A program made the position numbers and the translations under genes. DNA of 64,000 nt from an uncultured Chromatiales bacterium (GTDB taxonomy: Bacteria; Bacteroidota; Ignavibacteria; SZUA-365; CAYQST01): the NCBI GenBank assembly GCA_964420295.1, contig CAYQST010000009.1:18532-82531 (forward strand), in the 5' to 3' direction. Positions 47,976 to 58,403 of this stretch are shown piece after piece. The first letter of the stretch is position 1. Every line of letters begins with the position of its first letter. Below the pieces are notes generated by a model. It was not told where the DNA came from, searched no databases, and worked only from the letters and a program-made list of their open reading frames with translations.

Positions 47976-49430
47976 TCATCCTCCGGCCTCTCCGGGAGAG
48001 GGTTCCGATAAAAGGGATCGAATGAAGCGATACCGTTCCCGCAGAGGTTTCCATTCGAACCCGAGTTCCAGCACAAGATACAATCCAACCAGCACCCCGG
48101 CTTCGAGCACAAACTGCGCGAAGGTGGAGCCGACTGTGGGAAGAGGCAGCACGAGAAACACGCCTCCCGCGAGCGCACCGAACAGGAGAGGCAGAACGAG
48201 CGACCGTCCCCAATCCGCCCGCACGATACGACGGATTACGAACCACATGCCCACCACCCCGATGGCGAAGTTCAGCACCATGGCCACCGCCACGCCGGAC
48301 AGCCCCATCCATCGTACAAGCAGTATCAGGCCCGGCACGAACACCAGCAGTTGCACGATGCGCACACGCAGGATGCGCCCCGGACGACCCAGCGCGTACA
48401 GGAGCTGCTTCATGTTTTCGAAGAGTGGCGACAACAGAGCCCCGAGCGCGAGAATGCGAAGGACAGGTTCGGCCACGAGCCACTGGGTGCCGATAATGCG
48501 GATGAAGGTCCCGGGAATCACTCCAAAGATGAGCACGAAGGGCAGAAGCAACCGCACCAGAAAGAAAAGCACGAGGGAGAAGGCCCGTGACAGCTTGTCG
48601 GGGTCATCCTGAAGACGGGCATAGGTGGGAAAAGCCACCGTCATGACGGCAGGCGATACGGTCTGGGGTGCCATTTCCCAATACTTGACTACGCGGCTGT
48701 AACTGCCCTGCAGACTCGTGCCCAGTTCCCGTTCGGTCACCAGCGTTCCGAGTCGCACGAAAATCACCTCCATGCCCCGGGTGAAAATCATCTTCCATCC
48801 ACAGGAGAGAAACCAGCGCGCTGTGGCGGGATGCAGACGCAGGGAAATGGGATAGCGACTGATCACGATCATGCCAAGAAAACTCACCGTGAACGATGCC
48901 CCCTGCCCGTACACCATCCCCCAGGCGCCCCAGCCCTGGGTCACCAGCCAGAGCGACACCACGGGAAAGGCCAGCACGGAGAGCAGGTTCACACGGGCAA
49001 TGCGCTTGTAGTCGATGTCCCGCTCCACACGCGCGGAAAACAGAATGGTGAAGAGATTGAGGATGCTGAACGCGGCCAGCACGAGAAAGGCCTCGATTTT
49101 AATCTCCGTGCTTCCCAGGGACTTCAGCACCCACGCGGTGCCCGCGCAGAGTAAGGCCATGAGTACCGCGAGCAGTAGGGTCAGCACGAAGGCGGTCCCG
49201 TACAGCTCCTCGGTATCGTCCTTGGCCTGAATCAGCGTGACGTTGAACGAGACGGCGGCGGAGATGAAGACCAGATCCACCACGGCAAGGCCGAATCCAT
49301 AAATTCCACTGTCGGCGGTGTGCAAAATGCGATCACGCATCACTCCCACCACAAACCCCACCAACATGGCGATGTAATTGAGCCCGCTGGTCCACAAGGT
49401 GCTGATGATGGCTTTCTTGCCCACTCCCAT
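47976..49430 (-). CDS. polysaccharide biosynthesis flippase (MOP/Wzx-like)
   Basis: 484 aa with about 12-14 TM helices. The ATG at 49430 was confirmed. Confidence 0.8.
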   Translation of the reverse strand: MGVGKKAIISTLWTSGLNYIAMLVGFVVGVMRDRILHTADSGIYGFGLAVVDLVFISAAVSFNVTLIQAKDDTEELYGTAFVLTLLLAVLMALLCAGTAWVLKSLGSTEIKIEAFLVLAAFSILNLFTILFSARVERDIDYKRIARVNLLSVLAFPVVSLWLVTQGWGAWGMVYGQGASFTVSFLGMIVISRYPISLRLHPATARWFLSCGWKMIFTRGMEVIFVRLGTLVTERELGTSLQGSYSRVVKYWEMAPQTVSPAVMTVAFPTYARLQDDPDKLSRAFSLVLFFLVRLLLPFVLIFGVIPGTFIRIIGTQWLVAEPVLRILALGALLSPLFENMKQLLYALGRPGRILRVRIVQLLVFVPGLILLVRWMGLSGVAVAMVLNFAIGVVGMWFVIRRIVRADWGRSLVLPLLFGALAGGVFLVLPLPTVGSTFAQFVLEAGVLVGLYLVLELGFEWKPLRERYRFIRSLLSEPSPGEAGG

Positions 49431-49433
49431 GGA

Positions 49434-50567
49434 TCAGACTCCTCGAAGCCGATGATACAGGTCCATCACCCGGTCGGCGTACCGACTCCATGTGTACTGC
49501 CCCACATGATCCCGGGCCGAGCGCCCCATGGCGGTGAGTTCCTCCCGATGCTCCCGTGCCCAGTGGAGCCGCTCTACCAGTGCCTCGGTGTCGCGAATGG
49601 GCACCACCCACCCGTCTTTCCCATCGCGGGCCACGCTGCCGGTATTCTCGCTCACCAACACGGGGAGACCGCATGCCATTGCCTCGTAGGTCACCAGGGC
49701 ACTGCCCTCCTGAAGACTGGGAAGCACGAAGAGCGAGGCCTGTCGATAGATGGGGGGAAGCTTCTCGTGCGGAATATGCGGTATGTGTCGAAACAACCCT
49801 TCATAGCGGCGCAGCACCGGCGCCATGCCCTCATCCACCCGTCCCACGAAAAGGAGCTCGGCATCGGGAAAGGCGCAGCGCTTCCAGGCCTCCAGCAGGT
49901 AATGCACCCCCTTCTGAATCCCCACGTTGCCCACGAACAGCACACGAAAGATGGGATCTAATTTGTCTCCCTCTTCCGCGCGAAAGCGCTCGAGATCGGC
50001 CCCGTAGGGAATGAGCTGCAGTTTTTCTTCGGGAAACCCCTGCGCGAGAAAACTGCGACGGACGAATTCCGAGGGAATCACCACCGCGTCGGCCTTCTCC
50101 ATCTCCTCCAAACCCTTGGCAATGATCTGAGGATGGGCGCGGGACACCGGCACCGAGAATCGCTCGAATTCCTCTCGCAGAATCGCATCCTGGTAGTGAG
50201 GGTGGGTGGAACCCCGCTCGATCACCACCGAGGCGCCGTACCGGCGCACCACCGCCATTGAGGCCAGGGCGTAATTTCCCCACGCGTGAAACACATCACA
50301 GGGAGGAAGCGCCCTCCGAGCCAGGGCGTCGAAGAGGTTGTCCTTGACGTAGGAATAATACCCGCGCTCCCGAAGCCACCCCACCTTGCGAACGAGCATG
50401 CCGAAGAGCTCGGCCGCAGGCAAGGCCGTCCATTTTTCCTCGGGCAGAACGGAACGCACATACCAGCCCTTCGTGGTAAGAATCCGTTCGAGCACTCCCC
50501 GTCGATGCAGCTCGACCGCGAGGTTTACCGCATGAAATTTTCCGCCGACCTGAATGACAACCTTCAC
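49434..50567 (-). CDS. glycosyltransferase family 4
   Basis: Contains EGSALVTYEAMACGLPVLVSE. A GTG start at 50567 avoids overlap with the upstream gene. An alternative in-frame ATG at 50639 would overlap the YfhO-like 3' end. Confidence 0.7.
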   Translation of the reverse strand: MKVVIQVGGKFHAVNLAVELHRRGVLERILTTKGWYVRSVLPEEKWTALPAAELFGMLVRKVGWLRERGYYSYVKDNLFDALARRALPPCDVFHAWGNYALASMAVVRRYGASVVIERGSTHPHYQDAILREEFERFSVPVSRAHPQIIAKGLEEMEKADAVVIPSEFVRRSFLAQGFPEEKLQLIPYGADLERFRAEEGDKLDPIFRVLFVGNVGIQKGVHYLLEAWKRCAFPDAELLFVGRVDEGMAPVLRRYEGLFRHIPHIPHEKLPPIYRQASLFVLPSLQEGSALVTYEAMACGLPVLVSENTGSVARDGKDGWVVPIRDTEALVERLHWAREHREELTAMGRSARDHVGQYTWSRYADRVMDLYHRLRGV

Positions 50568-50583
50568 CGCACCAGGATCCTGA

Positions 50584-53223
50584 TCAGGAGGCGCTGGGCG
50601 GAGTCGGGGTCCGCGTGGCGAACCGCTTCCGCAGGGCAAGGCCGAGATATACGAGAAAGATGGCGAGAAGGAGATAATTGGTCACCACCGTGATCATCAA
50701 TCCCGCGCGATAGGACGTCGGTTCGAACCGCATGGTCACCACGTGCCGTCCCGCAGGCACGACTACGGCGCGGAACGCGTAATCCGTGCGATGGATCGGC
50801 GTCTCGGTCTCGTCGATCGTGGCGGTCCACCCACTGGGATAATACACCTCACTGAATTTCAGGATGGCCGGGGCCGGCGTCTCCACTTCATACCGACTTT
50901 CGTTCATGGTGCCCCCGAGGTATTTGACGCGGGTGCGTGCGAGCTGAGCCGAATCCAGTGTTGCCGTGGGCGCTTTCCCGTCCAACATGTAGGCATAGAG
51001 ATCGGGGCGGTAGGACGGAAGACCGAGGGTGGCAAACAGGTCCTTCTCCGAGGGGAGAACCTGAGCGCTCCGTACGAAGAAGGCGCGCGGCAGCACCGAG
51101 CCATTCTCATACACATGCTCCTGCGCGCCCTGGAACACCAGTCGCAGCCAGGGGGCCTGCAGCGTGAAGGAGGCCGGCACCACCACGTACTTCGTATTCA
51201 TCATGCTGAGCAGTCTCCAGTTGGCCATGTCGATCTGCTGCGGGGCCCCGAACTGGAACTCGTTGAAGACGGAATTTCGAATGTCGTCGTAGAGTTTGAG
51301 CTTGGCAGGATGATATCCGGCCACGCTGGGAATTCCGAATCCGACATACCAGTTGTCTCCTCCATGCGAACTCACCGGCAGAATGCGAAACTGCGGATCG
51401 GTGGCCTGAGATTTCTGCAGGAAATCCACGACCTCCGTTCTCTGCAGATTCTGTTCCTGCACCACCCGACTGTCCATTTTCATCGGTTTGAAATCCACGA
51501 TCCACAGATCCGCAACAAGGAGAATCACCAGCCCCGCCTGCACGAGCGTGCGGGATACCGATCCCTTGACGAAGGCCGTCAACAGCAGAGCCGCCAGGAT
51601 CATGAACACGAGGGCAACCAGGGCATCGTTCACGGCCATTCCGTAAATCCCGTCCACGGTCGCCTTCTGGTATTCGGGGGGGACGCGATCCAGCATGCCG
51701 TTCTGTGCTGCCTGCTCCACCTGTTGGACGAGGTTCCAGGACTGGGGCTGATGTTTCTGCAAGTCCTCCGCGATGGAGGATTTCATCCCCGACCCGTTGA
51801 CCAGCAGAATCAGAAAGAGAATCAGTGCACCGCCAACTGGAAACCACAGTGCCTTGAGCACACGACCATCGGTGCCGCCCCGATTCTTTCCCGCCGGCGC
51901 GATGCGTTCCATCACCGCGCCAAGACCCACTCCGGCCAACATCCCGATCGTGAGCCCCTGGAGAAAGAGAATCATCGAGGGGATGCGGAAGTTGTTGAAG
52001 AAGGGGACGTGATAGAAGAACAGATCGTAAAGCAGGGAGAAATTCCGCCCCATGCTGATGAGAAGGGTGAGCAGACCCAGGGCCACCCAGAAGTGCACAA
52101 ACTTGTCCCTCGGCTTCAGGATGAGAGCCAACAAAGCGAGGAAGCATCCCACCACCCCGAGATAGATCGGGGATTCCGTGAAGGGCATGGTTCCCCAATA
52201 GGTGGGCGTCCCCCATCCTACGAAGGAGGGAACGAAGAAGGTAAAGATTTCCACGGGACTGAAGGACCAGTTCGTGGCGTACTGATAATCGAGTCCCCCG
52301 GTGGCAGGCGCAGTACCCGCCACGCCTGATCCTCCCGAACCGGCTCCGCGGATCGAGAAATCCTTGTACTCCCAGGTGGCGAGATAAGGACCGGACAGCA
52401 TCAGGAAAGCGAACACCGCCGATCCGAGCACGATAAGCGCCACCAGCGCCACCGACGCCGGACGTGCCCCTTCATACCATTTGAACAGCAGATAGAGCCC
52501 CACGGCAAACAGCGCGTAGAAGATCATCTGCACATGCCCCGAATTGAAGGTGAAATGCAGAGCCGCGATGAGAAAGGCGATGGTGAGGGGAGATTTCTTT
52601 TCGACGAGTCGATCAACGAGAAGGAGCAGGGCAGGAAGCCAGGCCAGCACCGTGATCTTGGTGTTGTGCCCCGCCATGATCCAGTTCAGCGAATACAGGG
52701 TAAACACCACCGACACCGCGGTGAGAAAGGCCGTCATGGGTTCGAATTTTCGTCGCAGCGCAAAGAAGTACGTAAAGAGACCCAGCAGGAAATAGTTGAC
52801 AATGTCCCAGAAAATCTTGGGCACGGGCAGAATGTTGACCACGGCCTGCACCCACCCGTAGATCTGCATGATCACGTTCGGCTTGAAGGGATCCAGAAAG
52901 GTATGCAGGTACAATCCATGGCCCGGAGTCGAACTGCCCCAGGTGGGCATCCCCGAAAACACGTAGGGATTCCAGAACGCGTTGATGCCATCGGTCTTGG
53001 CCTTCTCGAGATACCACTGCTCGTAGACGATGGACGCGATATTGTCAGGAACATGAAAGACCTTGCCCGAGAACAGGGCTTCGTGAAAGAACACGGCCAG
53101 GAGAATCGCCAGCAGGGTGAGAAAAACGGCGTGGGGGCGACGGCTCAGCAATGAGGGACTGGCAGAGCGGGAGAGGCCGGAAGCGGAGATTTTCTGGGTG
53201 GTTTTCGGGGTGGTTTTTGCCAT
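50584..53223 (-). CDS. YfhO family membrane protein (putative GT-C glycosyltransferase)
   Basis: About 880 aa. The N-terminal region is polytopic. The C-terminal segment is ADYAFRAVVVPAGRHVVTMRFEP plus a final TM helix. Confidence 0.7.
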   Translation of the reverse strand: MAKTTPKTTQKISASGLSRSASPSLLSRRPHAVFLTLLAILLAVFFHEALFSGKVFHVPDNIASIVYEQWYLEKAKTDGINAFWNPYVFSGMPTWGSSTPGHGLYLHTFLDPFKPNVIMQIYGWVQAVVNILPVPKIFWDIVNYFLLGLFTYFFALRRKFEPMTAFLTAVSVVFTLYSLNWIMAGHNTKITVLAWLPALLLLVDRLVEKKSPLTIAFLIAALHFTFNSGHVQMIFYALFAVGLYLLFKWYEGARPASVALVALIVLGSAVFAFLMLSGPYLATWEYKDFSIRGAGSGGSGVAGTAPATGGLDYQYATNWSFSPVEIFTFFVPSFVGWGTPTYWGTMPFTESPIYLGVVGCFLALLALILKPRDKFVHFWVALGLLTLLISMGRNFSLLYDLFFYHVPFFNNFRIPSMILFLQGLTIGMLAGVGLGAVMERIAPAGKNRGGTDGRVLKALWFPVGGALILFLILLVNGSGMKSSIAEDLQKHQPQSWNLVQQVEQAAQNGMLDRVPPEYQKATVDGIYGMAVNDALVALVFMILAALLLTAFVKGSVSRTLVQAGLVILLVADLWIVDFKPMKMDSRVVQEQNLQRTEVVDFLQKSQATDPQFRILPVSSHGGDNWYVGFGIPSVAGYHPAKLKLYDDIRNSVFNEFQFGAPQQIDMANWRLLSMMNTKYVVVPASFTLQAPWLRLVFQGAQEHVYENGSVLPRAFFVRSAQVLPSEKDLFATLGLPSYRPDLYAYMLDGKAPTATLDSAQLARTRVKYLGGTMNESRYEVETPAPAILKFSEVYYPSGWTATIDETETPIHRTDYAFRAVVVPAGRHVVTMRFEPTSYRAGLMITVVTNYLLLAIFLVYLGLALRKRFATRTPTPPSAS

Positions 53224-53377
53224 GGACGTGCCCGGAAATGATGCGAATGACACGAAAAAATGAAAGATAGAGAAGAAGCCACTCCAAACCAAGGTGATCT
53301 CCTGTCCCTACACGAACGCGTTCTCCTGTCCCTGATTTGCCAATGCTGTCCCTGAGACATCGAGCTCTTCGAGGGGA

Positions 53378-53404
53378 GAAAAAAAAACCGCCCCGTTCGG
53401 GGCG
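53378..53404 (-). terminator. rho-independent terminator (CCGCCCCG-TTC-GGGGCGG with T9 on the minus strand)
   Basis: GC hairpin preceded by A9 on the plus strand. It separates the small zinc-ribbon gene from the polysaccharide locus. Confidence 0.55.
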
Positions 53405-53440
53405 GATTGTATTATGCGGAACAAATGAAATCCCGACGAA

Positions 53441-53683
53441 TCAGGCCACCCTCTTGGAAGAGGCGGACTTCGACGCGGTGGTTTTCTGGCCACGGACCGT
53501 GACTTCCACCCGATCCAGATCCACGTACACTTCGGCATTGCAATAGGGGCAATATTTCGCCGTCTGCACATCGAAACTGATGGTATTCTTGCAGAGCGGG
53601 CAATCGGTGATCACCATGCCGATCACCTTTCCGAATTGTTTGGTCTTGACGGGTTTCGGAACAGTTTTTTCAGCGGCTTTCAT
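53441..53683 (-). CDS. small zinc-ribbon protein (CxxC...CxxC)
   Basis: 80 aa, with CPLC and CPYC about 20 aa apart. Lys/Ser-rich tail. It has its own terminator. Confidence 0.45.
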   Translation of the reverse strand: MKAAEKTVPKPVKTKQFGKVIGMVITDCPLCKNTISFDVQTAKYCPYCNAEVYVDLDRVEVTVRGQKTTASKSASSKRVA

Positions 53684-53748
53684 GTGGGTCGGTACTCACT
53701 TCGGTTTTAGGATATGTCCGATCAATATATGGAAAGAATTCGGCCATT

Positions 53749-56163
53749 TCAAGTCGTTTTTTCGGTATTTGCGCCTGCTTCGTCTGAATCCGGCTCTTTT
53801 TCCCGTTCCCGGAGAGCCAGATCCAGCACATCCTTCATTTCGGAGACGAACAGAAATTCCAGAGAGTTCCGTACGTTCTCGGGAATCTCAGAAATATCAT
53901 CTTCGTTTCGGGTCGGCAGGATGATGCGTGTAATGTTCGCACGATGGGCCGCCAGCACCTTTTCCTTGATTCCTCCCACCGGAAGCACTGCGCCGCGCAG
54001 GGTGATTTCTCCTGTCATGGCGGTGTCGTTTCGGACAGGGCGCCCGGTGAGGAGGGAGGTCAGAGCCGCAAGCATCGTCACACCCGCCGAGGGTCCATCC
54101 TTCGGAACGGCACCTGCGGGAACGTGCACATGAATGTCGTGCCCGTCCTTGAAGTTCTCCTCCACGCCCAGGGCGGTGGCATTGGCGGCGATGTAGCTCA
54201 TGGCCGCCTGAATGCTCTCCTTCATCACCTCGCCCAGCTTGCCGGTGACAATCAGTCCCCCCTTCCCTTTCATGCGGGTGGCTTCGATGAAGAGGATGTC
54301 CCCGCCGACGGGAGTCCACGCCAGCCCCGTGGCGATGCCCGGACGATCGATCCGCTCGGCCACCTCGGCATGGAATTTCCGTGAGGTAATGAACCGGGAA
54401 CAGTCGTCTTCGGTTACCGAGACCCGCTCGGTCTTGCCCTCGACGATGTCCTGCGCGACCCCACGGCAGATGTCGGCCAGCTTCCGTTCCAGCGTTCGAA
54501 CCCCCGGCTCCCGGGTATAGTGCTCGACGAGATGGGCCAGGATTTCGTCGCTGACGTCGAGCTGGTCCTCACCGAGCCCGTGCTCTTCTCTCTGCTTGGG
54601 GAGAAGATGGCGACGGGCGATCTGGATTTTCTCGTCCATCACGTAGCTGGGAATCTCAATGATTTCCATGCGGTCCCGCAGAGCGGGAGGAATGGGTTCG
54701 AGCATGTTTGCCGTAGCGATGAACATCACGCGGGACAGGTCCACCGGCACTTCCAGATAGTGATCGCTGAAGGCGAAATTCTGTTCGGGATCCAGCACTT
54801 CGAGAAGGGCCGAACTGGGATCTCCCCGAAAATCCGTTCCCACTTTGTCGATCTCATCCAACACCATCACGGGATTGTTGGAGCCCGCCTTCTTGAGACT
54901 CTGGATAACCCGGCCCGGCAGGGCACCGATATAGGTGCGTCGATGACCACGAATTTCGGCCTCGTCCCTCACCCCGCCCAATGAAAACCGCACATAGCGG
55001 CGCCCGAGGGCATGGGCGATCGAACGTCCGAGCGAGGTTTTCCCCACACCGGGAGGACCCACGAAACACAGGATGGGACCGCGCATATCCTGCTTCAGTT
55101 TCCTGACCGCCAGGTACTCGAGTATCCGCTTCTTTACCTTTCCGAGTCCATGATGATCGGCATCGAGCACCTCACGGACATGGGCGATATCGAGGTTATC
55201 TTCCGTGGACGTGCTCCACGGCATTTCGAGAAGCCAGTCGAGATAGGATCGTGCCACGGTGTATTCGGCCGAGGCCGGATTCATCATGCTCAGACGGCTG
55301 AGTTCCTTGTCTGCCACGGACTTCGCCTCTTCGGGCATGCCTGCGGCGGCGATCTTCTCCTTCATCTCGTCCAGCTCGAGCCGATCGTTGTCTTCGCCGA
55401 GTTCCTTTCGAATGGCGCGGAGTTGCTCCCGCAGAAAGTACTCGCGCTGACTTCGGTTGATCGTGTCCTGCACTTCGCTCTGGATACGCTGACTGAGTTC
55501 GAGGCGTTGAATGTGACCGCTGAGGGCAATGGTCACCAGGTTGAGTCTCTCCTTGACCGAGTGCGTTTCAAGCAGACCCTGCTTCTCGGGTACGGGAACC
55601 CCCATCATCGTGGCCACCAGAAAGCTGAAGGCGCCCGGATCCTGGGTATTGACGAGGATGTTGAGCTGTTCGGGATTGACGTTGGTTTCGAGCTCCGCCA
55701 GTTTCTTGAACAGGCCTCGAATGTTCACCATCATGGCCTCGAGTTCCACCTCGTCCTCTGCGAGCGGCTCGTCTTCGAGGGGTACCACCGAGGCAATCAG
55801 ATAGGGCTCCTCCCGAAGAAGGCCGGTCACCCGACCCCGATGCTGGCCTTGAACAACCACGCTCTTCGAGCTATCGGGCATCGTGTAAATTTTCAGCACC
55901 CGAACCACCGTTCCCACGTCATAGAGGTCGCCGATGCCGGGCACATCCATGGCACTGTCCTTTTGGGTTAAAACCAGGACGGGGGTCTGTGCCCGATAGG
56001 CCTCGTCGATGAGACGCACCGAACTGTGTCGCCCCACGAACAGGGGCATGATTTGACCGGGAAAAAACACCACGTTGCGAAGCGGAAGAATGGGCATCGA
56101 TTCCGGAACCGGAAAGGGCTCCATGCTCGCGTTCGGCATGGTTTCGTGCATGTCGTCGTTCAT
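53749..56163 (-). CDS. lon: ATP-dependent protease Lon
   Basis: LON N-terminal domain ([13 protein letters not shown]). AAA+ Walker A (GPPGVGKTS). Catalytic Ser/Lys in the protease domain (DGPSAG...GGIKEK). The ATG at 56163 was confirmed. Confidence 0.95.
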   Translation of the reverse strand: MNDDMHETMPNASMEPFPVPESMPILPLRNVVFFPGQIMPLFVGRHSSVRLIDEAYRAQTPVLVLTQKDSAMDVPGIGDLYDVGTVVRVLKIYTMPDSSKSVVVQGQHRGRVTGLLREEPYLIASVVPLEDEPLAEDEVELEAMMVNIRGLFKKLAELETNVNPEQLNILVNTQDPGAFSFLVATMMGVPVPEKQGLLETHSVKERLNLVTIALSGHIQRLELSQRIQSEVQDTINRSQREYFLREQLRAIRKELGEDNDRLELDEMKEKIAAAGMPEEAKSVADKELSRLSMMNPASAEYTVARSYLDWLLEMPWSTSTEDNLDIAHVREVLDADHHGLGKVKKRILEYLAVRKLKQDMRGPILCFVGPPGVGKTSLGRSIAHALGRRYVRFSLGGVRDEAEIRGHRRTYIGALPGRVIQSLKKAGSNNPVMVLDEIDKVGTDFRGDPSSALLEVLDPEQNFAFSDHYLEVPVDLSRVMFIATANMLEPIPPALRDRMEIIEIPSYVMDEKIQIARRHLLPKQREEHGLGEDQLDVSDEILAHLVEHYTREPGVRTLERKLADICRGVAQDIVEGKTERVSVTEDDCSRFITSRKFHAEVAERIDRPGIATGLAWTPVGGDILFIEATRMKGKGGLIVTGKLGEVMKESIQAAMSYIAANATALGVEENFKDGHDIHVHVPAGAVPKDGPSAGVTMLAALTSLLTGRPVRNDTAMTGEITLRGAVLPVGGIKEKVLAAHRANITRIILPTRNEDDISEIPENVRNSLEFLFVSEMKDVLDLALREREKEPDSDEAGANTEKTT

Positions 56164-56353
56164 GGTACTACTCCTGTTGAAGCGGATCACCCGAAAGCTC
56201 TCCGCGATGATGGCGTTGATCGTGCATGGATCATGCCAACACGAAACACACGAATAAGGTGGAATTTGCGTATTTTTTTTCGTTCGACCAATGTGGACCT
56301 GCCGCCCTGTCACACCGGTCCCCCCCTTCCTTTGCGATTCTGTCAGGAGCATC

Positions 56354-56824
56354 ATGCCGACCCTCGTCTCCACTATGGTGCAGGTGCATCCCTGCCGACG
56401 ACATCCCGAGTCTCCCTTTCTGCTCCTGCGGCGCGCGGATACGGAGCTGGTGTATCCCGGACTCTGGCAGGTGGTGACCGGCACCATCGAACCGGGAGAG
56501 CATGCCGGTGACACGGCCCTGCGTGAATTGCGGGAAGAAACGGGAATTGTCGCGACGGGTCTCGACGTTCTCCCAATGACGGGCAGCTTTTATCTCCCCC
56601 GTACCGACGAGATCCATCTCGTGCCCGCCTTCGCCTGTCTTGTGAGCGAGGAGACTCTCGTTCGTCTTTCTGACGAACATCAGGAATTTCGCTGGTGTTC
56701 ATATGAAGAAGCGCGGCACCTGCTGGTCTTTCCCAGCCATCAACAGGGACTCGACCTGACGCGGCACTGGGTGTTGTCCCCTGGTCCTCGCTCCATCCTG
56801 CAAACCTACTCTCCTTTGTCATAG
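56354..56824 (+). CDS. NUDIX hydrolase
   Basis: Nudix box GTIEPGEHAGDTALRELREETGI. Confidence 0.8.
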   Translation: MPTLVSTMVQVHPCRRHPESPFLLLRRADTELVYPGLWQVVTGTIEPGEHAGDTALRELREETGIVATGLDVLPMTGSFYLPRTDEIHLVPAFACLVSEETLVRLSDEHQEFRWCSYEEARHLLVFPSHQQGLDLTRHWVLSPGPRSILQTYSPLS

Positions 56825-56838
56825 AACCGGATTCCCTC

Positions 56839-57186
56839 ATGAGTGCTCCCCTGCTTCTCGCCATACCCGACCTGGCCCTTTCCTCGCGGGTTGCGGCCGC
56901 CGCTCGCAAATGTGGCGTGGCCGCCATTGCCACCCTCACCCTGCACGACCTGCTGTCCAAAGCCCATGGAGAGGAGGCCCGACTCCTGCTCCTCGACCTC
57001 GGCGCCGAACAGTTTCCTCCATCCGACATTGTCGCTGCCCTGAAATCCGACGAGCATACCAGTACCATTCGCATCGTCGGATTCCACGACGGAGAGGGAA
57101 ACACGAACGCTCCCTGCGACGTGGTTCTTTCTCGCACCGCCCTGTTGCAGAATCTCGAAGCCTTGCTTCGCGACCTCCAGCCCTGA
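56839..57186 (+). CDS. stand-alone receiver-like (degenerate CheY-like) domain protein
   Basis: 115 aa. The pattern LLLAIPD...RLLLLDLG...IRIVGFHDGEG resembles the β1/β3/β4 elements of a REC domain. Assignment is tentative. Confidence 0.35.
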   Translation: MSAPLLLAIPDLALSSRVAAAARKCGVAAIATLTLHDLLSKAHGEEARLLLLDLGAEQFPPSDIVAALKSDEHTSTIRIVGFHDGEGNTNAPCDVVLSRTALLQNLEALLRDLQP

Positions 57187-57238
57187 GCCGTCATTCCCTG
57201 ACAACCCCGTGCATGGAATTTCTCTCCCCGGTTGGCTG

Positions 57239-57265
57239 TTAGCACTCTAGGGCATTGAGTGCTAC
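57239..57265. promoter_or_regulatory. CIRCE-like operator (TTAGCACTC-N9-GAGTGCTAC) upstream of hrcA
   Basis: One mismatch to the consensus inverted repeat, with a 9-nt spacer. It lies 49 nt upstream of the hrcA ATG. Confidence 0.7.
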
Positions 57266-57313
57266 CTTGATTTCCACCGCTTCGTTCTCTATTTTTTTTG
57301 CGGAGATTATGGA

Positions 57314-58351
57314 ATGCAGCCACCCATCGACCATACCGAATTGAATGACAGGGAACGCGCCGTTCTCGAGCGGATCATTGTCGAATACGTGCATTCCGCC
57401 ACACCGGTCGGATCGCGGACCATTTCGAAGCTTTCAGATCTCGGATTGAGTCCCGCCTCGATTCGCAACGTGATGGCCGACCTCGAGGAGAAAGGTTTTC
57501 TCGGACATCCTCACACGTCCGCGGGACGGGTGCCCACGGACAAAGGGTATCGCTTTTACGTCAATCGCATGATGCCAGTCGAGCCCCTCACTCCCGAGGA
57601 GCTCGAGACCTTTCAACCCCTGCATGAAGCGGAATCTCATCGTGAATGGGAAGAAACCATTCGCGACGCATCCCGGGTGCTCAATCGCATCACCCATCAG
57701 TTGGCGATCATCACGGGGCCGTCTCTCAGTTCTGGCATTCTCGAACGGATCGAACTGGTGCCCCTTTCCACCACCCGACTTCTCGTCGTGCTGTCCATCG
57801 GCTCGGGACTGGTAAAGACCATGCTCTTCGAGGTTCCCGTCGAGGTTCGTCGCGAAACCCTCGACCAGGTGACCTCCCTGCTCAACGAACGTTTGGCGGG
57901 CTCGACGTTGCGGGACATCCGTGACAGCGTGCAGGAACGCTTTCGCGATGCCAGCGACGACAGCGGTGTCATCAACCTCTTTCTTCGCTCTTCCGAACGC
58001 CTGTTTACCGAGGCCGTGGAAGAAGAGCGCCTTCATATCGAAGGAATGCGAACCGTGATGGAACATCCGGAATTCGGCTCTCCCGACCGTATCCGCGAAA
58101 TTCTCGAGCTGCTCGAAAACCAGAATATCATCGTCCACGTCCTCCGCTCTCTCGACGAAGGGGAATCCCGCCCCTCGATCCGCATCGGCAGCGAAATCGC
58201 CCATGATGGATTTCGGGATTGCAGTATCGTCGCAGCACCCTACCGCATCGGCAACCTGCAGGGCACGGTGAGCATCATCGGTCCCCGCCGCATGTACTAC
58301 CCCAAGATCATCGCCATCGTGGACTATCTCGCCCGCACAATTTCTCTATAA
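57314..58351 (+). CDS. hrcA: heat-inducible transcription repressor HrcA
   Basis: Begins LNDRERAVLERIIVEYVHSATPVGSRTIS. About 345 aa. Confidence 0.9.
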   Translation: MQPPIDHTELNDRERAVLERIIVEYVHSATPVGSRTISKLSDLGLSPASIRNVMADLEEKGFLGHPHTSAGRVPTDKGYRFYVNRMMPVEPLTPEELETFQPLHEAESHREWEETIRDASRVLNRITHQLAIITGPSLSSGILERIELVPLSTTRLLVVLSIGSGLVKTMLFEVPVEVRRETLDQVTSLLNERLAGSTLRDIRDSVQERFRDASDDSGVINLFLRSSERLFTEAVEEERLHIEGMRTVMEHPEFGSPDRIREILELLENQNIIVHVLRSLDEGESRPSIRIGSEIAHDGFRDCSIVAAPYRIGNLQGTVSIIGPRRMYYPKIIAIVDYLARTISL

Positions 58352-58403
58352 CCCACACCACCTTTTTCCCTCCCACCACTTTTGCATCGAGGAACTGCAC
58401 CCC

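Noticed and set aside
45778-48612. 944-aa plus-strand ORF antisense to three glycosyltransferase genes
   Set aside because: It spans several well-supported minus-strand genes and has no motifs.
53749-56163. Lon protease as part of a defence system with the adjacent small zinc-ribbon gene
   Set aside because: Lon has the full housekeeping LON-N/AAA+/S16 architecture. There are no accompanying nuclease or effector genes.
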